NCBI GenBank assembly: GCA_964187785.1
Contig: OZ076412.1
Location: 17,732,001 to 17,796,000, forward strand
Origin: Amphiscolops sp. MND2022
Taxonomy: Eukaryota
Reading direction: 5' to 3'
Length of the DNA stretch: 64,000 nucleotides
In this document: positions 43,451 through 55,122 of the stretch, piece by piece
Layout of the letters: every line of letters begins with the position of its first letter
How positions within the stretch are numbered: the first letter of the stretch is position 1
Program-made: the position numbers and the translations under genes
Notes under the pieces: generated by a model
What the model was told of the DNA's origin: nothing
The model's input: the letters and a program-made list of their open reading frames with translations, nothing else
The model's database searches: none

Positions 43451-45472
43451 ATGGAATTAGTGGGCACTCTCTACTCCAATGTGCCTGACGCTTTCGACGA
43501 CTCTTCTCATCAACAGAATTTGACCACCGGCGCCGATGGCGAGGGAGAATACTTCTTCTTCTCGGATGGCCAATCAGAGGCCTCCGACACAGAAATAGGA
43601 CACAGCGAAGTCATCATCGAGAGTGCGTCCAATATTTACTACGACGAGAACCAGCCACCGGACATTATGCACGAAGACATAGAATTGGAGCATGAAGAAG
43701 ATGTGATATCACATGTAGAGGAGACAGTTGTAGACGAGGGGTACCGACCGGTGCTCGACGAGAAAGAACGGGAGAAGGTGTACAGAATGGCCATAATAGA
43801 CTCGGAGCTGACCCCTTCGCCACGAGGAAGCAAGTTCTACAACTGCGATCAGTGTGACGAATCGTTCGCTCGCAAAGTGATGCTGGAGAAACATATTGAG
43901 AAGTTTCACCAGGATGACCCAAGGCCATACACCTGCACAATTTGTCTGAAGAAGTTTAAGAAACGAAGCAAGCTGCAGAAACACAGCTGGACCCATATTG
44001 GGCAGCTAGTTGACCAAAAGAAGCCGAAAAGCTCGAAGCGAGCGTCGCTTGCTTCCTCTTCAGATGCGAAAAAGACCAAAAGTAAGGGTTTCGTGAAAAA
44101 AGGCAAACATTCTAGATTCAATTGCGACAAATGTACTGAATCGTTTTCAAATCCCACTAAGCTTCTCAATCATAAGAAGAAAGTACACATACCAATCAAC
44201 AGATGTATCATTTGCGAGGAAGAGTTCGAAACGAGGAAAGCACTCGAAGCTCATCGCAGAGAACTTCATCCCAATGAAAGACCTTACCGTTGCTCTTTTT
44301 GCAAAAAGCGATTCATCTCCGAGGCCTTGTTAATCAATCACAACAGACTCCACAATGGCGAAGCTCCATTCAGATGTACACCTTGTGACAGAGGTTTCTT
44401 ATCTCGCAGGAATTTGGAGAGACACCTGGATACTCACATAGAATCCCAATGCAAGGTTTGTGGAAAAATGACCTTCACTTCCAAGGAAAAGAAAGCGCAC
44501 GAAAAGAAACACTTAACACCCGAAGATTTATACGACTGTCGTTTTTGTGGAGAATCATTCTCCCGAACCAACGACCTCACCCGACATTGCAACGACTTCC
44601 ATAGCGACATGATGACCTCTTCAAAGCCCAAGAGTTCCAACAACTCGCAACTCGTCAAATATTGCAAGATATGCTCTATCGAATTTAAAAACCCCACGCA
44701 GTATAGGAAACATTACGTCCTCACTCACAGCGAACCCTTTTTCTGCCGATATTGTCCCAAACGTTTCCGCCGCATAAAAATGGTAGAAAAGCACGAAAAG
44801 CAATTTCACTCGACTCAGATGGTCTTCGAATGCAAAAACTGCAATGAAACATTCAGAGTGCAACACGAACTCAAAACCCATAGTCGTGTTGAGCACGGAG
44901 CTCTGAAAAGGCGGCATTACTCGCTGAATTGCACCGTCTGTGGAGCCAAATTCGAAAAGCCCACTTACTTGGAAGCTCACAAGCGAGTGCATGATCACGA
45001 AAAGCCGTTCCAGTGTGAAAAAACTGGGCTGCGTTTCACCCAGCTGTCTATGCTGAAATCTCACAACGATATGCTTGCAAGCAATAAAGTATACGAGTGT
45101 CAAATATGCACGAGAAAGTTTACGAAGGCTTCAGCTATGCAGGAACACCAGGTTGTACATTCAGGCTTGGGTTTCAGAAGTTTGGCCTCTGGGTGCGAGG
45201 ATCAAGTGTTCACAGATCAAATGAGAATGCTGAAATACGAAAGACGAGTGCATGCCGGAGAGAATGTGTTCCAGTGTCTGGTATGTCACCAAAGCTTCGA
45301 CCACAGGGCCTGTTTGTTCAGACACGAGTTTACCCACAGTACAGGAGACCAACCCTTGTTCTGCATAGTCGGGGGAGTTCAGATCTCAGACAACATCGTC
45401 GTTCTAGACTACAAAACTGAGTGCTTTCTTGCCCGTAGACGTGAGCAAATGCTGGCGTTGCATTTGGGCTGA
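43451..45472 (+). CDS. Multi-C2H2 zinc-finger protein, ~673 aa, intronless (ZNF-1)
   Basis: First ATG at 43451; acidic N-terminus; many CxxC...HxxxH fingers with HPNERPY/HNGEAPF/HDHEKPF linkers; degenerate fingers at the C-terminus. Confidence 0.92.
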   Translation: MELVGTLYSNVPDAFDDSSHQQNLTTGADGEGEYFFFSDGQSEASDTEIGHSEVIIESASNIYYDENQPPDIMHEDIELEHEEDVISHVEETVVDEGYRPVLDEKEREKVYRMAIIDSELTPSPRGSKFYNCDQCDESFARKVMLEKHIEKFHQDDPRPYTCTICLKKFKKRSKLQKHSWTHIGQLVDQKKPKSSKRASLASSSDAKKTKSKGFVKKGKHSRFNCDKCTESFSNPTKLLNHKKKVHIPINRCIICEEEFETRKALEAHRRELHPNERPYRCSFCKKRFISEALLINHNRLHNGEAPFRCTPCDRGFLSRRNLERHLDTHIESQCKVCGKMTFTSKEKKAHEKKHLTPEDLYDCRFCGESFSRTNDLTRHCNDFHSDMMTSSKPKSSNNSQLVKYCKICSIEFKNPTQYRKHYVLTHSEPFFCRYCPKRFRRIKMVEKHEKQFHSTQMVFECKNCNETFRVQHELKTHSRVEHGALKRRHYSLNCTVCGAKFEKPTYLEAHKRVHDHEKPFQCEKTGLRFTQLSMLKSHNDMLASNKVYECQICTRKFTKASAMQEHQVVHSGLGFRSLASGCEDQVFTDQMRMLKYERRVHAGENVFQCLVCHQSFDHRACLFRHEFTHSTGDQPLFCIVGGVQISDNIVVLDYKTECFLARRREQMLALHLG

Positions 45473-46216
45473 AATTGCAATTCCTTCCGCTTACATCTCT
45501 ATCTCCTCATATTCGTAGTAGTGGCATACGCAACCTGATTTCGATCATAGTTTTGTATAGTTTTGATCAAGAAGTGTGCTTTCTAGCGGGAACAAAACTA
45601 ATTGAATTACTCTGAATATTGGCGGTTTCTTCCTCGTATAAGTTGTTTTTGATAATTGTCATCTCAGCTTGCAGCTGGAATATCAAATATGATTAATTTA
45701 TGTGACGTGGTTTCTTTTTGATAAACAATTTGATAGATTGGATAGTTATTTGTTATCGTAGGTTTCAAAATACATTTTCAATTTTTGCAAATCTTTTAAC
45801 TCTATGTGCCAAGTTTGTAATTTGTTACCAATATGTGGATGAATTGTGTCCGGTAACTATTCGCCAAAATAATTGGAACATCGTGAACGAGAGTTTATGG
45901 TCACCGCGATAACTCTTGTTGAAAACCAATACCTTAGACAGCATTTTCGACAACACTGCTTATTTGAACAATTTTGAAGAAGCTCTGTTACCTCTGAGAT
46001 ACTTTCCTGAGAAGAATGGAATTGAATTATGGAATTTTTGATACTCTGCTCGTCCTCTATGTGAATGACGCGTATCTAATTAATTGCGGGCGGTGGTATT
46101 TTTTACGACCGAAGACAAATTCCCAAAGAGTATTATATCGTGCATTTTTTTTCAGAATTTAGATGCAGAAATTCTTTTCTAGAAAATATTTATCACCATG
46201 GCATGGTTTCTGTCAC

Positions 46217-46776
46217 TTTATAGTCGGCGTTTTCGAAGAAAATCCCCACTCTTACAGTGGCTAGTTTTTTTCGTCAGTTCAACGCGATCGGTCCACTTTT
46301 TGTTCATTTGTTCAACATCAACTTTAACTATGGACCTCCAAAACATACTCGAAACGCCAGAACCTCGTCCAAAACAAAAACATCGACGTCCAGAACTTCG
46401 ATAACATAGGACAACCCCCCCTCTCTTTGGTGTTTTTCACTCTGATTTTTTTCGGCACTATGTGACTTTTTTTGAAGCTTTTTGGATTCCACCAAAGGGT
46501 CTCCCCTTCATTTTTTAAAAATATTTTGCAACACAATGGAAGTCAAAAAATCCCAAAGGGTCCCCCCCCTTTTACAGTTTTCGGCACTGTGACACTGTTC
46601 AAAAATCTCAATTTCAAAATTGTTCGAATTTTTTAAATGTCTCCAAAGGGGTACCCCCTTCAATTTTTTTTTGAAATTTTGCAACCAACTGGAGTTTCAA
46701 AAAGCCCAAAGGGTCCCTTTTACAATTTTGAATCTTAGATAATATAGCGCCGACTTAGGCCGTTCCCGGCTTGTTT
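46217..46776 (+). mobile_element. HINE family 1 copy
   Basis: TTTATAGTCGGCG head; GCGCCGACTTAGGCCGTTCCCGGCTTGTTT tail. Confidence 0.78.
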
Positions 46777-46957
46777 AAATTGAACTATGATAAAACCTAT
46801 TTTGGATATTTATGTCGATGAAGAAAGCTCTCTCCGAATTGTTGACGTTTGTCTTGAAAGGACCAAACTAGTGTTCGAATATAGTCGGATAAAAGGATAA
46901 ATGGAGGAAGTATGCGTTGGCTCGTTTTCTGATCATCAGAGATATTTCAGTTGAGAC

Positions 46958-48390
46958 TATAGCACTGGCTTTTTTTTAAAGGCCAACGAGGTGGTAGATT
47001 TTATAAGCTTCCACTAACTGCCACACTAAACGTAACTTTTACTGCCACTTGGCATAGAGGATAATCTGGTTTTTTTGAGGTCTGGGAAGCAAAAGGACGT
47101 GGGTTCGAGTCTCCCCTTGACCGAAATTTTTTTGTGCATGTTATTTCGGCTTTGTGAGACTTTTTTTCGCAAATTTTTTTAATGTCTCCAAAGGGTCCTC
47201 CCTTCAATTTTTTGATATTTTACCACAGAATGGATGTTCAAAAAATCCCAGAGGGTCCCCCTTTTATATTTTTCCGGCTCTATGCGACTTACCGAGACTT
47301 CAAAAAAATTCCGGAAAAGTTTTTCCTCAATTTTTAGTTTTTTGAGAGGTTTTGTTGTCTCGAGTTGTGGAAAAAAAGGTTTTCGAGTCTTATGCATATC
47401 CCTTGCGGTATAATTTGGCACATGTAAAAAACCTAACTTTTTGAACCTTTGGTGGGGCGCCGACTTGGGCCGTTCCCGGCTTGCTTTTTCGTTTTCTAGC
47501 AATTGAGTTTCGTAAGCGTCATATTTTTGTCCAAAGGCCTCTTGAAAGAGAATACAGAAAATATCGCCGTGATAGCGCGCGCGTCTCGTGTTTTTAGGCG
47601 GCGTTTTCGAAGGAAAAAGCACGACTCTTTCAGCTAGTTTTTTCTCCAGAAGCTCCGATCCGTCCACTTTAAAGAACGCGGAGAACAGATGAAGCAAGTA
47701 TTATTCATACGGTAAAGACCATTTGGTCTTGTCAGCACGCTTTATTCGAATTCTTGACGTTATATCCGAACTGTATTGTGTTCCAGTAAGGAGGAGGGCG
47801 ACGTTCAAAAAAGCGCTCCGCATGCTATATCCGAACCTTTGGCGTTGTATCCGTAGTAAATTGCGTTCGTAAATTTCGAAGGAGGATGCGGAGAAGGTTC
47901 TAATGGAAAAAACCTAGTTTTTCGGCACTGTGCGACTTTCCGAAAGTTGTTAATTTGGTGAAATAAAACCCCTTCACTATTTTAAATTTTTGGCTGAAAA
48001 AAGCGTTTTGCGAAATTAGAGGGTCTCCTTGTGGGTTTGTTGGGGGCACTATGAGACTTTTTCCGCAAAGAAAAAAATTTCGACATGTTTTTCACATGTT
48101 TTTTGATGAATCGAGTTAGGTGCGACTTCTCTGGGAAAAAATTAAGGTACTCACTTGAGTGTCATAAATCGTTTCGGCTTAAAGTTGCTTTTTCGGCACT
48201 ATGCGTTTTTTCTGAAGAGAAAAAAATTTTGGAAAAAAACATTTTGAAAAAAAATTCGTGTTGAAGTTTCCAGGGTATCACTTCGGGTGTTTTTTGGTGC
48301 TGTAAATTTGATAAACTTTTCACTGCTGTGCCTTCGCATATTCAAAATACTTTGCTTTTTTGTAACTTGAGCGGGGCATCGACTTTTTTT
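46958..48390 (+). mobile_element. HINE family 1 fragments (3' part to 47488, head at ~47590, decayed part ~47900-48390)
   Basis: Tail GGCGCCGACTTGGGCCGTTCCCGGCTTG at 47456-47485; A/B-box segment at ~47050-47115; internal units. Confidence 0.6.
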
Positions 48391-49053
48391 TAATCTTTCG
48401 GAAAGTGTCAGAAATAGCACGTGACCCACTTTAGGTTAGCATAACAATAGTTTTCTCATTTTCTACACATTGTTTTCAAAATTGGTCTCATTCAGTAGCT
48501 AACATTGATTTGGGTGGAACAGATGTTAGATATCTTGTTTCTCGTTCGAGAAATACTTGCTCGAAAGTAGCGGCAAAGCACTTGAAGACGACTTCAAAGA
48601 TCGTCTTTCTCGAAAATGACTTATTCACTTCCGTTCAAATGAAGCTTAATGGAGAGCCTATGTTAAATAAATTGATTCAAGTGAACCAGTTTTGCAAACT
48701 TTTGTAATATTGAAGTTTTCAGGTTTGATTAGTCAACAAGAACAGCCACATGATTGGTATCTGGAAATTTTCGTCTAGTATTGTTTCATTTCATGATTTT
48801 TGTGTAACCTAGAAATTTATTAGAACAGTCAAAATTTGTCTTTTGTTCAGTCTTATTTACTTTTTAGAAGCTCTTTTAGAAGCGAGGGCAACTATTCTAT
48901 GGACGCAAACCGAATGAGTGTTCACTAATTATTTTTTCGCTGAGTGCTGCGTCTGCAATTAAATAAGAATACCAAAGGTCAATAACTAGTGGTACTTTCT
49001 TTTCATGTAACAAAGCTTCCAGACCAAGCTGTGAATGCTTTATTTCAAAAATA

Positions 49054-49226
49054 CACTCAACTCCGTTTATAACGATTACGTTTATAACGATATTCCGTTT
49101 ATAGCAATAGAGTTTCATGGTCCCGGCCACGATGCTAGTTTGTAACTATTTTCGGCTATGATGATATTCGGATATAACGATTAAAAAACGCCGGTCCCGG
49201 GCAATCCTTATAAGCGGAGTTGAGTG
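49054..49226. mobile_element. Tc1/mariner-type MITE (173 bp, TA TSD)
   Basis: TA|CACTCAACTCCG ... CGGAGTTGAGTG|TA. Confidence 0.82.
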
Positions 49227-49529
49227 TACTGGCTTAGAGCTTCTGCTGTTGCAGAAGTATTGGTAAGTAATGGAGGTTTGTTTGAAATTTTTCATATTTT
49301 TCATTCAAGAAAATATGGTGTACCATACTGCATCTAGTGTTCGCGGTGTCGAGTCAAACTAAACGTTGCCGTAGCCAGAATACACCTGCCATGAGATTTG
49401 AACCGGCCTTGAACGTCTGCTAACAATATTTTCAGTTTTCTGTTTTATTGTCTGATTTTTCCGGCGCTGGGTTGGTTATTCAGCTGAGCGGGAGGGATTT
49501 TTTGTGACTGATTGGGTAAAATACTAATT

Positions 49530-50026
49530 AAACAAGACGGGAACGTCCCAAGTCGGCGCCATATCTAAGGCTCAAAAATATTCAAGGAACAACTATTAGA
49601 AACATTTGGAAAAAATTTAATTTTTTTCAAAAAATATTTTTAAAATCGCACAATGCCGAAAAACTCAAGAAAGGCCATTTAGGCTCATTAAACCATTTTT
49701 CAAACCGAAAACTTCAAAAAAATGCAAGGGGTACCCTTTGATAGAATTCGAAAATTTTCGAAAAAAAGTCGCATAGTGCCGAAAAAACACAAAGGGGGAC
49801 CCTCTGGTCTCACCTGTACTTTTGGAAGCATAAAAAATTTACGGTTTACTGCGAGAATCGAACTCACGATCTCCTGCTTTTCAAAAAATTAGTTGAACAA
49901 ATGAACAAAAGATTGTAAGAAAAGTGGACCATTCAGAGTGAGATTGTAGGCTGAAAAAGAAAAAAAAACTACCCACTGTAATAGTCGGGCTTTTTTCCTT
50001 AAGGGAAAAGGCGCCGACTAAAAAAA
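49530..50026 (-). mobile_element. HINE family 1 copy
   Basis: AACAAGACGGGAACGTCCCAAGTCGGCGCC ... AGTCGGGC...GGCGCCGACTAAAAAA. Confidence 0.8.
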
Positions 50027-50297
50027 CGATGCCGTTGTTTCGACGAGTAGTCAAGAATATTGTAAATGAATTGTCTGTGAAGGTCCCTTTATTCTATGGT
50101 ACGCTTCACCGTAAATTCAATGAAACAACTGCGAATAGTTGTCCAGGTAAGGAGGTTTGATATGTACCAGACCTAATTATCTTATTGTTTTACTATAATA
50201 TAATGCATGCGTCGAATACGAGTTTTTGACTTCAAACGTTCAAAATCTTTTTAGGTTAATTATGCAACAAATCCCTGACAGTTAGACGTGCAACCAA

Positions 50298-51428
50298 ATG
50301 ACGTTAGAAGCAGAACTAGCAAACTTGCGATTTCTGAATTACAGTGCCGACACCGCGGTAGCAGAGCACAGAGACGAAAACCCGTTAATATTGTATTTAG
50401 ACAATGGCAAGTCTTTCCAACCCCAGGCTAATCAACAGCCACCCTTTCGACAGATACAAATTATTCACATGAAACAGAATGACCTTCCTTTGCCGCCTTT
50501 GACCTCAACTAACCATGGAAGTAATGAAAGCTCTGCCAGTCATAGGGATATTATGGAAGACCCCGAGTCTGAGACAGCAGAAATTGGGAACCAGATCAAG
50601 TTTGAGTGCCACGAGTGTGGCCAGAAGTTTGACCGGTTAGTCCGGCTCACAGAACACAACTGTTATGAGGAGGACCCGTTCTCGAAAAAGGCCAAACCAT
50701 TGCAGCGGGTTTCCGTCCCGAGATCTTCCAATGTGCCCAATCAACGACAACCTCAATATTTCACAAACTCTCACCTATCAACCTCTAGTAGCAGTAATAG
50801 TAATAGGAAATACCCCAATCATGGCCATTTGAAGCATTCCAATCAAGTTACCTCAAAAATTGCCCTTGCATCGGACATGATAAAGTGCCCTTACTGTGGT
50901 TGTATTTTCAACCAATCATATTTTGACAAATATCATCTGCAGAAGTGTTCAGAAGCTGTGTTCAAAGAAGAACAACTCATCACCTTCGAGCGCAGTCCTT
51001 ATAGAAAAAAGAAAAAAGCAGCAAACCAAATAAGAACTGGTTTTGGGCGGCGTTCCTCAGAAATGAAACGGAAAAGACAGCACAAGTTGTCAATCGCGAG
51101 CATACTTAGACCAGTTAAAACTTGGGTATGCGAGCAATGTGGTCAGGTATTTAAGACAGGAAAGCAACAGAAGAACCATTTCTGCATTTATTTGGACTAC
51201 AAACCCTTCGTATGTTTAGTATGCAATCTGGTATTTTCCACAAGAAATGGCCTCTACCGCCATGAAGAGAAAACTCACTCCAACTGTTATGCTGTGTTAC
51301 GCGCTAAGTTGAAACAAGATACGCCTCATGATTTCAAGAATGCGATGCCTCTATACGAATTGAGTTACAGCGTGGAGAACTTTCTCAGACGGAGAAGTAA
51401 AGCTTCCGAGTTTTTGCGGGCCCCGTAA
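50298..51428 (+). CDS. Zinc-finger protein with dispersed C2H2/C2HC fingers, 376 aa (ZNF-2)
   Basis: FECHECGQKFDRLVRLTEHNC, CPYCGCIF..HLQKC, WVCEQCGQVF..KNHFC, PFVCLVCNLVFSTRNGLYRHEEKTH; a possible upstream exon is unresolved. Confidence 0.85.
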   Translation: MTLEAELANLRFLNYSADTAVAEHRDENPLILYLDNGKSFQPQANQQPPFRQIQIIHMKQNDLPLPPLTSTNHGSNESSASHRDIMEDPESETAEIGNQIKFECHECGQKFDRLVRLTEHNCYEEDPFSKKAKPLQRVSVPRSSNVPNQRQPQYFTNSHLSTSSSSNSNRKYPNHGHLKHSNQVTSKIALASDMIKCPYCGCIFNQSYFDKYHLQKCSEAVFKEEQLITFERSPYRKKKKAANQIRTGFGRRSSEMKRKRQHKLSIASILRPVKTWVCEQCGQVFKTGKQQKNHFCIYLDYKPFVCLVCNLVFSTRNGLYRHEEKTHSNCYAVLRAKLKQDTPHDFKNAMPLYELSYSVENFLRRRSKASEFLRAP

Positions 51429-51829
51429 TGTTTTTTGTTCGTTATTTAATTGGAAGTAGCAGTTTTTAAAGTTTATTAGCTTGTGGAACATTTAATATTT
51501 GGTCTATCAAATTGCTTTTCATAAGGAATTGGATAGTCAAAAAGTTTTGAGTTTTTATTGCTCGTAAATATCAAAATCTATCAGGATCACTTATGATCAA
51601 AAATAATGAAACATTGCATATACAATTACTCATTAACCCTAAATAGCCTAGCGATCTATTTAAAGGATCATATCTTTTTATTTCAACTTCTGATCCCTTT
51701 TTCCAGTAGCCCATATTCCTCAGCATAGTTTTCATTTAACAACTTGTTGGCGCTGTGCTTGATTTGAACGGCATAAACAGTAGCGAAAGTGAATTTTTTC
51801 TTACTTTGAGAAAGGCAGGTTTTTCTTAC

Positions 51830-52200
51830 AAAACAAGCCGGGAACGGCCCAAGTTGGCGCCCCACTCAAGCTCCAAAAAAGTAAAAGTTTTTTAAATTAG
51901 CAAAAGAACACCATTGTTGAAATTTCATCAATTTTGCAGTACCAAAAAATACCCGAAGGGATATGCAAAAGGCTCGAAAATTATTTTTCCCCAACCGGAA
52001 ACAGTAAAAAACGCGTCTCGTGCAGCAGAAAACATCAAAAAACGAAAAATTGATTTAAAAATTTTCGAATTTTTCAAACGTCTCCGGTATATCGCATAGT
52101 GCCGAAAACCCTAAGGAGTCCTCAATGCTCGCAAAATTTTTGGTTTCTTGTAAAAATTGAAGGAGGTCTTCGATAAAAACATATTAGAAAAAAGTCGCAA
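51830..52200 (-). mobile_element. HINE family 1 3' fragment
   Basis: AAACAAGCCGGGAACGGCCCAAGTTGGCGCCC; right end approximate. Confidence 0.62.
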
Positions 52201-53289
52201 AAGTTACTACTTCGTCTACTACTGAATTGGAATATGGGACATCATTTTAGGCAATTTTGTAACATTCGGCAGCTAATTTGCAATTTTTATTTGGCAGGTG
52301 CTTCATTTCCTGAAGACATTCAACTGTTTTACATCAAGATAATTTAGTTTTTTATCAGGGGTTTTCTTTTATTCAATTTCATTTACTATCTTAATACGTG
52401 AGACACAGCAATTTTTCGCAAAGATTGTGTATTAAGATTTTGGTTTTAGATTTTTTACCGATAAAATTAATATCAGGAGAGTCTGCTAATTAATGCGATT
52501 GTACCGATTATCTTAAACATTCAATTTGTCTTTCCAGTCCCTTAAATTTATGAGTAGAATACAGATTGAAAGAAATCACCATGTGAAATGCTAGCTTTGT
52601 TTTCATGCAGTCCAGATCATTTCTTACAAATAAGGGTTCAGTCCTTTTCTTACACGTATGTTACTACGAGCTCTCGCACAGCGGTCCGCACGAAGAAGGC
52701 ACTAAAACTCTGAAGAATGGCTCAAATAACTGAAATGAAAGCCCAGTATCACCTTTCAAACATGCTGTAGTTCATTTTTCTGGAATGCGTTGTTGTAGAA
52801 AAGTTCCCTCTGGAGATTTTCAGTCATTTTTTTTTCGAAAATTTGCAAAACCATCAATTAGGGTTAAAAGAACGCTATTTAAACTCGATATGAGTCACCT
52901 AATTAACAGCCGTCAGTCGAAACTCCACAAATAGTTTTCAGATAACATTTGCTTAAATTGGATAATGCCAAATAAAATTGAAAATAAATTCAAATAAATT
53001 GAAAGTCTAAAAAATGCACAATTAAGTGCGATCTCCAGACAAGAAACGTTAGTAGCTATCTGTGCTGACATAAATTTGGGACCATTTTAGTAAGAAGCGA
53101 CTAGAAAGTTTGCTTTCTAGCGGAAAAATGTTTTTTGAAAAGTAGATTTTCAAGTCTCGTACTACGAAGTGCTGAGTGTTTCGGAATATGGAAAACGCTG
53201 GAAACTTTTTCTGTATAGTTTCTAGAATTCTTGACTCATTCTTGCAGCTTCTCAATTTGTTGATGCTTTGAGTTTTTCAGGTATCGGCA

Positions 53290-55122
53290 ATGGAGAGTAA
53301 AAAGGAGTACACATGTGATGTATGCCAAAAATGCTTTGCTCGAGACAAAGCGTTGATCAACCACAAGAATCTCGCTCATCCCCAAAAAGATGCTCCTGCT
53401 AAGTCTTCTACTGCAGTCGCTTCGATGCGAAAAAGAAAAGAACTTTTCAAGCCGAAAATTAAGCTGAAAAAGATCAAGTTGAAAACAGTTGCCGCCGAGT
53501 ACAATCCCGCTCCTTACTTTGGGTTCAAAACTTTGACAGATATGTTCAAAAAGTCTATGAAACCTTGCGTGGAAAAGATGCAGATTCCTGAAAAGTTGTG
53601 GGGTATTGTTGAAGACATTGAGGAAAAGTATAAAGATACTTGTGGTAAGGGAAGCAGCAAAAATTCAAAGCCTAGAATTGATCCCAAGAAACTACCACCT
53701 GTCTCAAAAGAATCAAAGGTCGACGCCGTGTCTGAGAAAGAATCAACACTTCAACTGAGCGGCAAAGCACTAAATCAGGACAGTTTATCAGATGAAACAA
53801 AAGTTTCCGTTGCTCAAAGTCTCAATGAAGTATTAACTGGTGTTAATACTGGAATCTCTCATGGCTCTGATGGAAAAGGATACTGGTGTGAAATTTGTAG
53901 CCGCGGCTTCTCTCGGTTGGCCGCCCTTGAAAAACACAAAAGAGCCAGCCATGATAACAAAACATCTAGCACCGTCAGTTCGCCAGCTTCCAAAAAAGCG
54001 ACCCCAGATCATTCTAGAAAGAGTTTGAAACACTTGAAGCGTAGACGCGAACTTGATAAAATGAGAGACCAAATGTCGAATAGAAAGAGAATGAAAAAAC
54101 ATGTTGCCCGTTCCTTCACACACAGTACTGGTTTCTCCAGGAGGCCAGGAACAATCGTCGATGTGTATGATCATGAGAAGCGACAAAGGAGTTATAGCAG
54201 TCAAGAATCGGTTAGTTTTTTGTGTTTGAATTTTTGTCTATTACCTTTGAAAATATTTGCCATCGCGCCTTAATTTCAAGTCTTCTTCAGAAAATGGAAA
54301 ACTTTCAAACAAACTTTAGTGGTCGAAGTTTTGGATATAAACATAGGATAGGCGTTTTGTTAAACTAAGTTTCAGACATTTGTCATTGTTTATCCTTTTT
54401 AGTGAAATTGTTTTTTTCAGGACTTGAAACGATCCAAACTTGAAAATTCTTTCGTCCAAGATTATGACTATCATTTGTCACCATCCAAGAAGGAAAGCTC
54501 AAAAACTTTTTCCTCCGATGGCAGCAAAGGAACTTGGCGTTTCAAATACTATTGTGATTATTGCTACCGAGCGTTTTCCAGCACCCGTAGATTGGAAGAA
54601 CATGAAAGTGGCCAATGTCCCGTCATGGTCAAGAAAAAGGTTGAGAAGAAAAGGTCACCTAAGCTTGACCCTAAACGAATCGATGACCAGCCAAAGGAGA
54701 AAAGTAGCAAGAAGCTTTTTTATTGCGACAGTTGTGGAAGAAAGTTCGGGTCTCTTTCCGCGTTGAAAGTTCACGCCCAAACTCATTTGAAGGACAAAAG
54801 ATTCCCTTGCGAGTTTTGTGGGCTTGGATTTGCTGACAACAAGGAGTTGGCCAGACATAGGCTGGACCATAATTATGACTCAGAGCACAGATGTTTCATG
54901 TGTAACAAACTTTTCCTGGAAAAAGAAGAATTGCTTCAACATGAATTGCTGCATAAAACAAACGAAGACACTTTCTGCTCCGTCAAGATTTTGGGCCCCA
55001 CTGAAGCACCGGGAAAACCCGGATTCCTCGAAGTGCTGGAGCTCGGATCTGTGATCGAAGATGTTATCGAAAGGAAACGCAAGGAACTTGAAAACTCTAT
55101 TGGTTTCTATCGTGCGGTATAA
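53290..55122 (+). CDS. C2H2 zinc-finger protein, 2 exons (53290-54210, 54421-55122), 540 aa (ZNF-3)
   Basis: Fingers YTCDVCQKCF..HKNLAH, YWCEICSRGF..HKRASH, YYCDYCYRAF, FYCDSCGRKF..HAQTH, FPCEFCGLGF..HRLDH, HRCFMCNKLF..HELLH; phase-0 intron GTTAGT...tttcag. Confidence 0.9.

Noticed and set aside
51633-52867. Second piggyBac-like element (TTAACCCTAA ... TTAGGGTTAA)
   Set aside because: Only ~6 bp of TIR match beyond TTAA; too weak to call.
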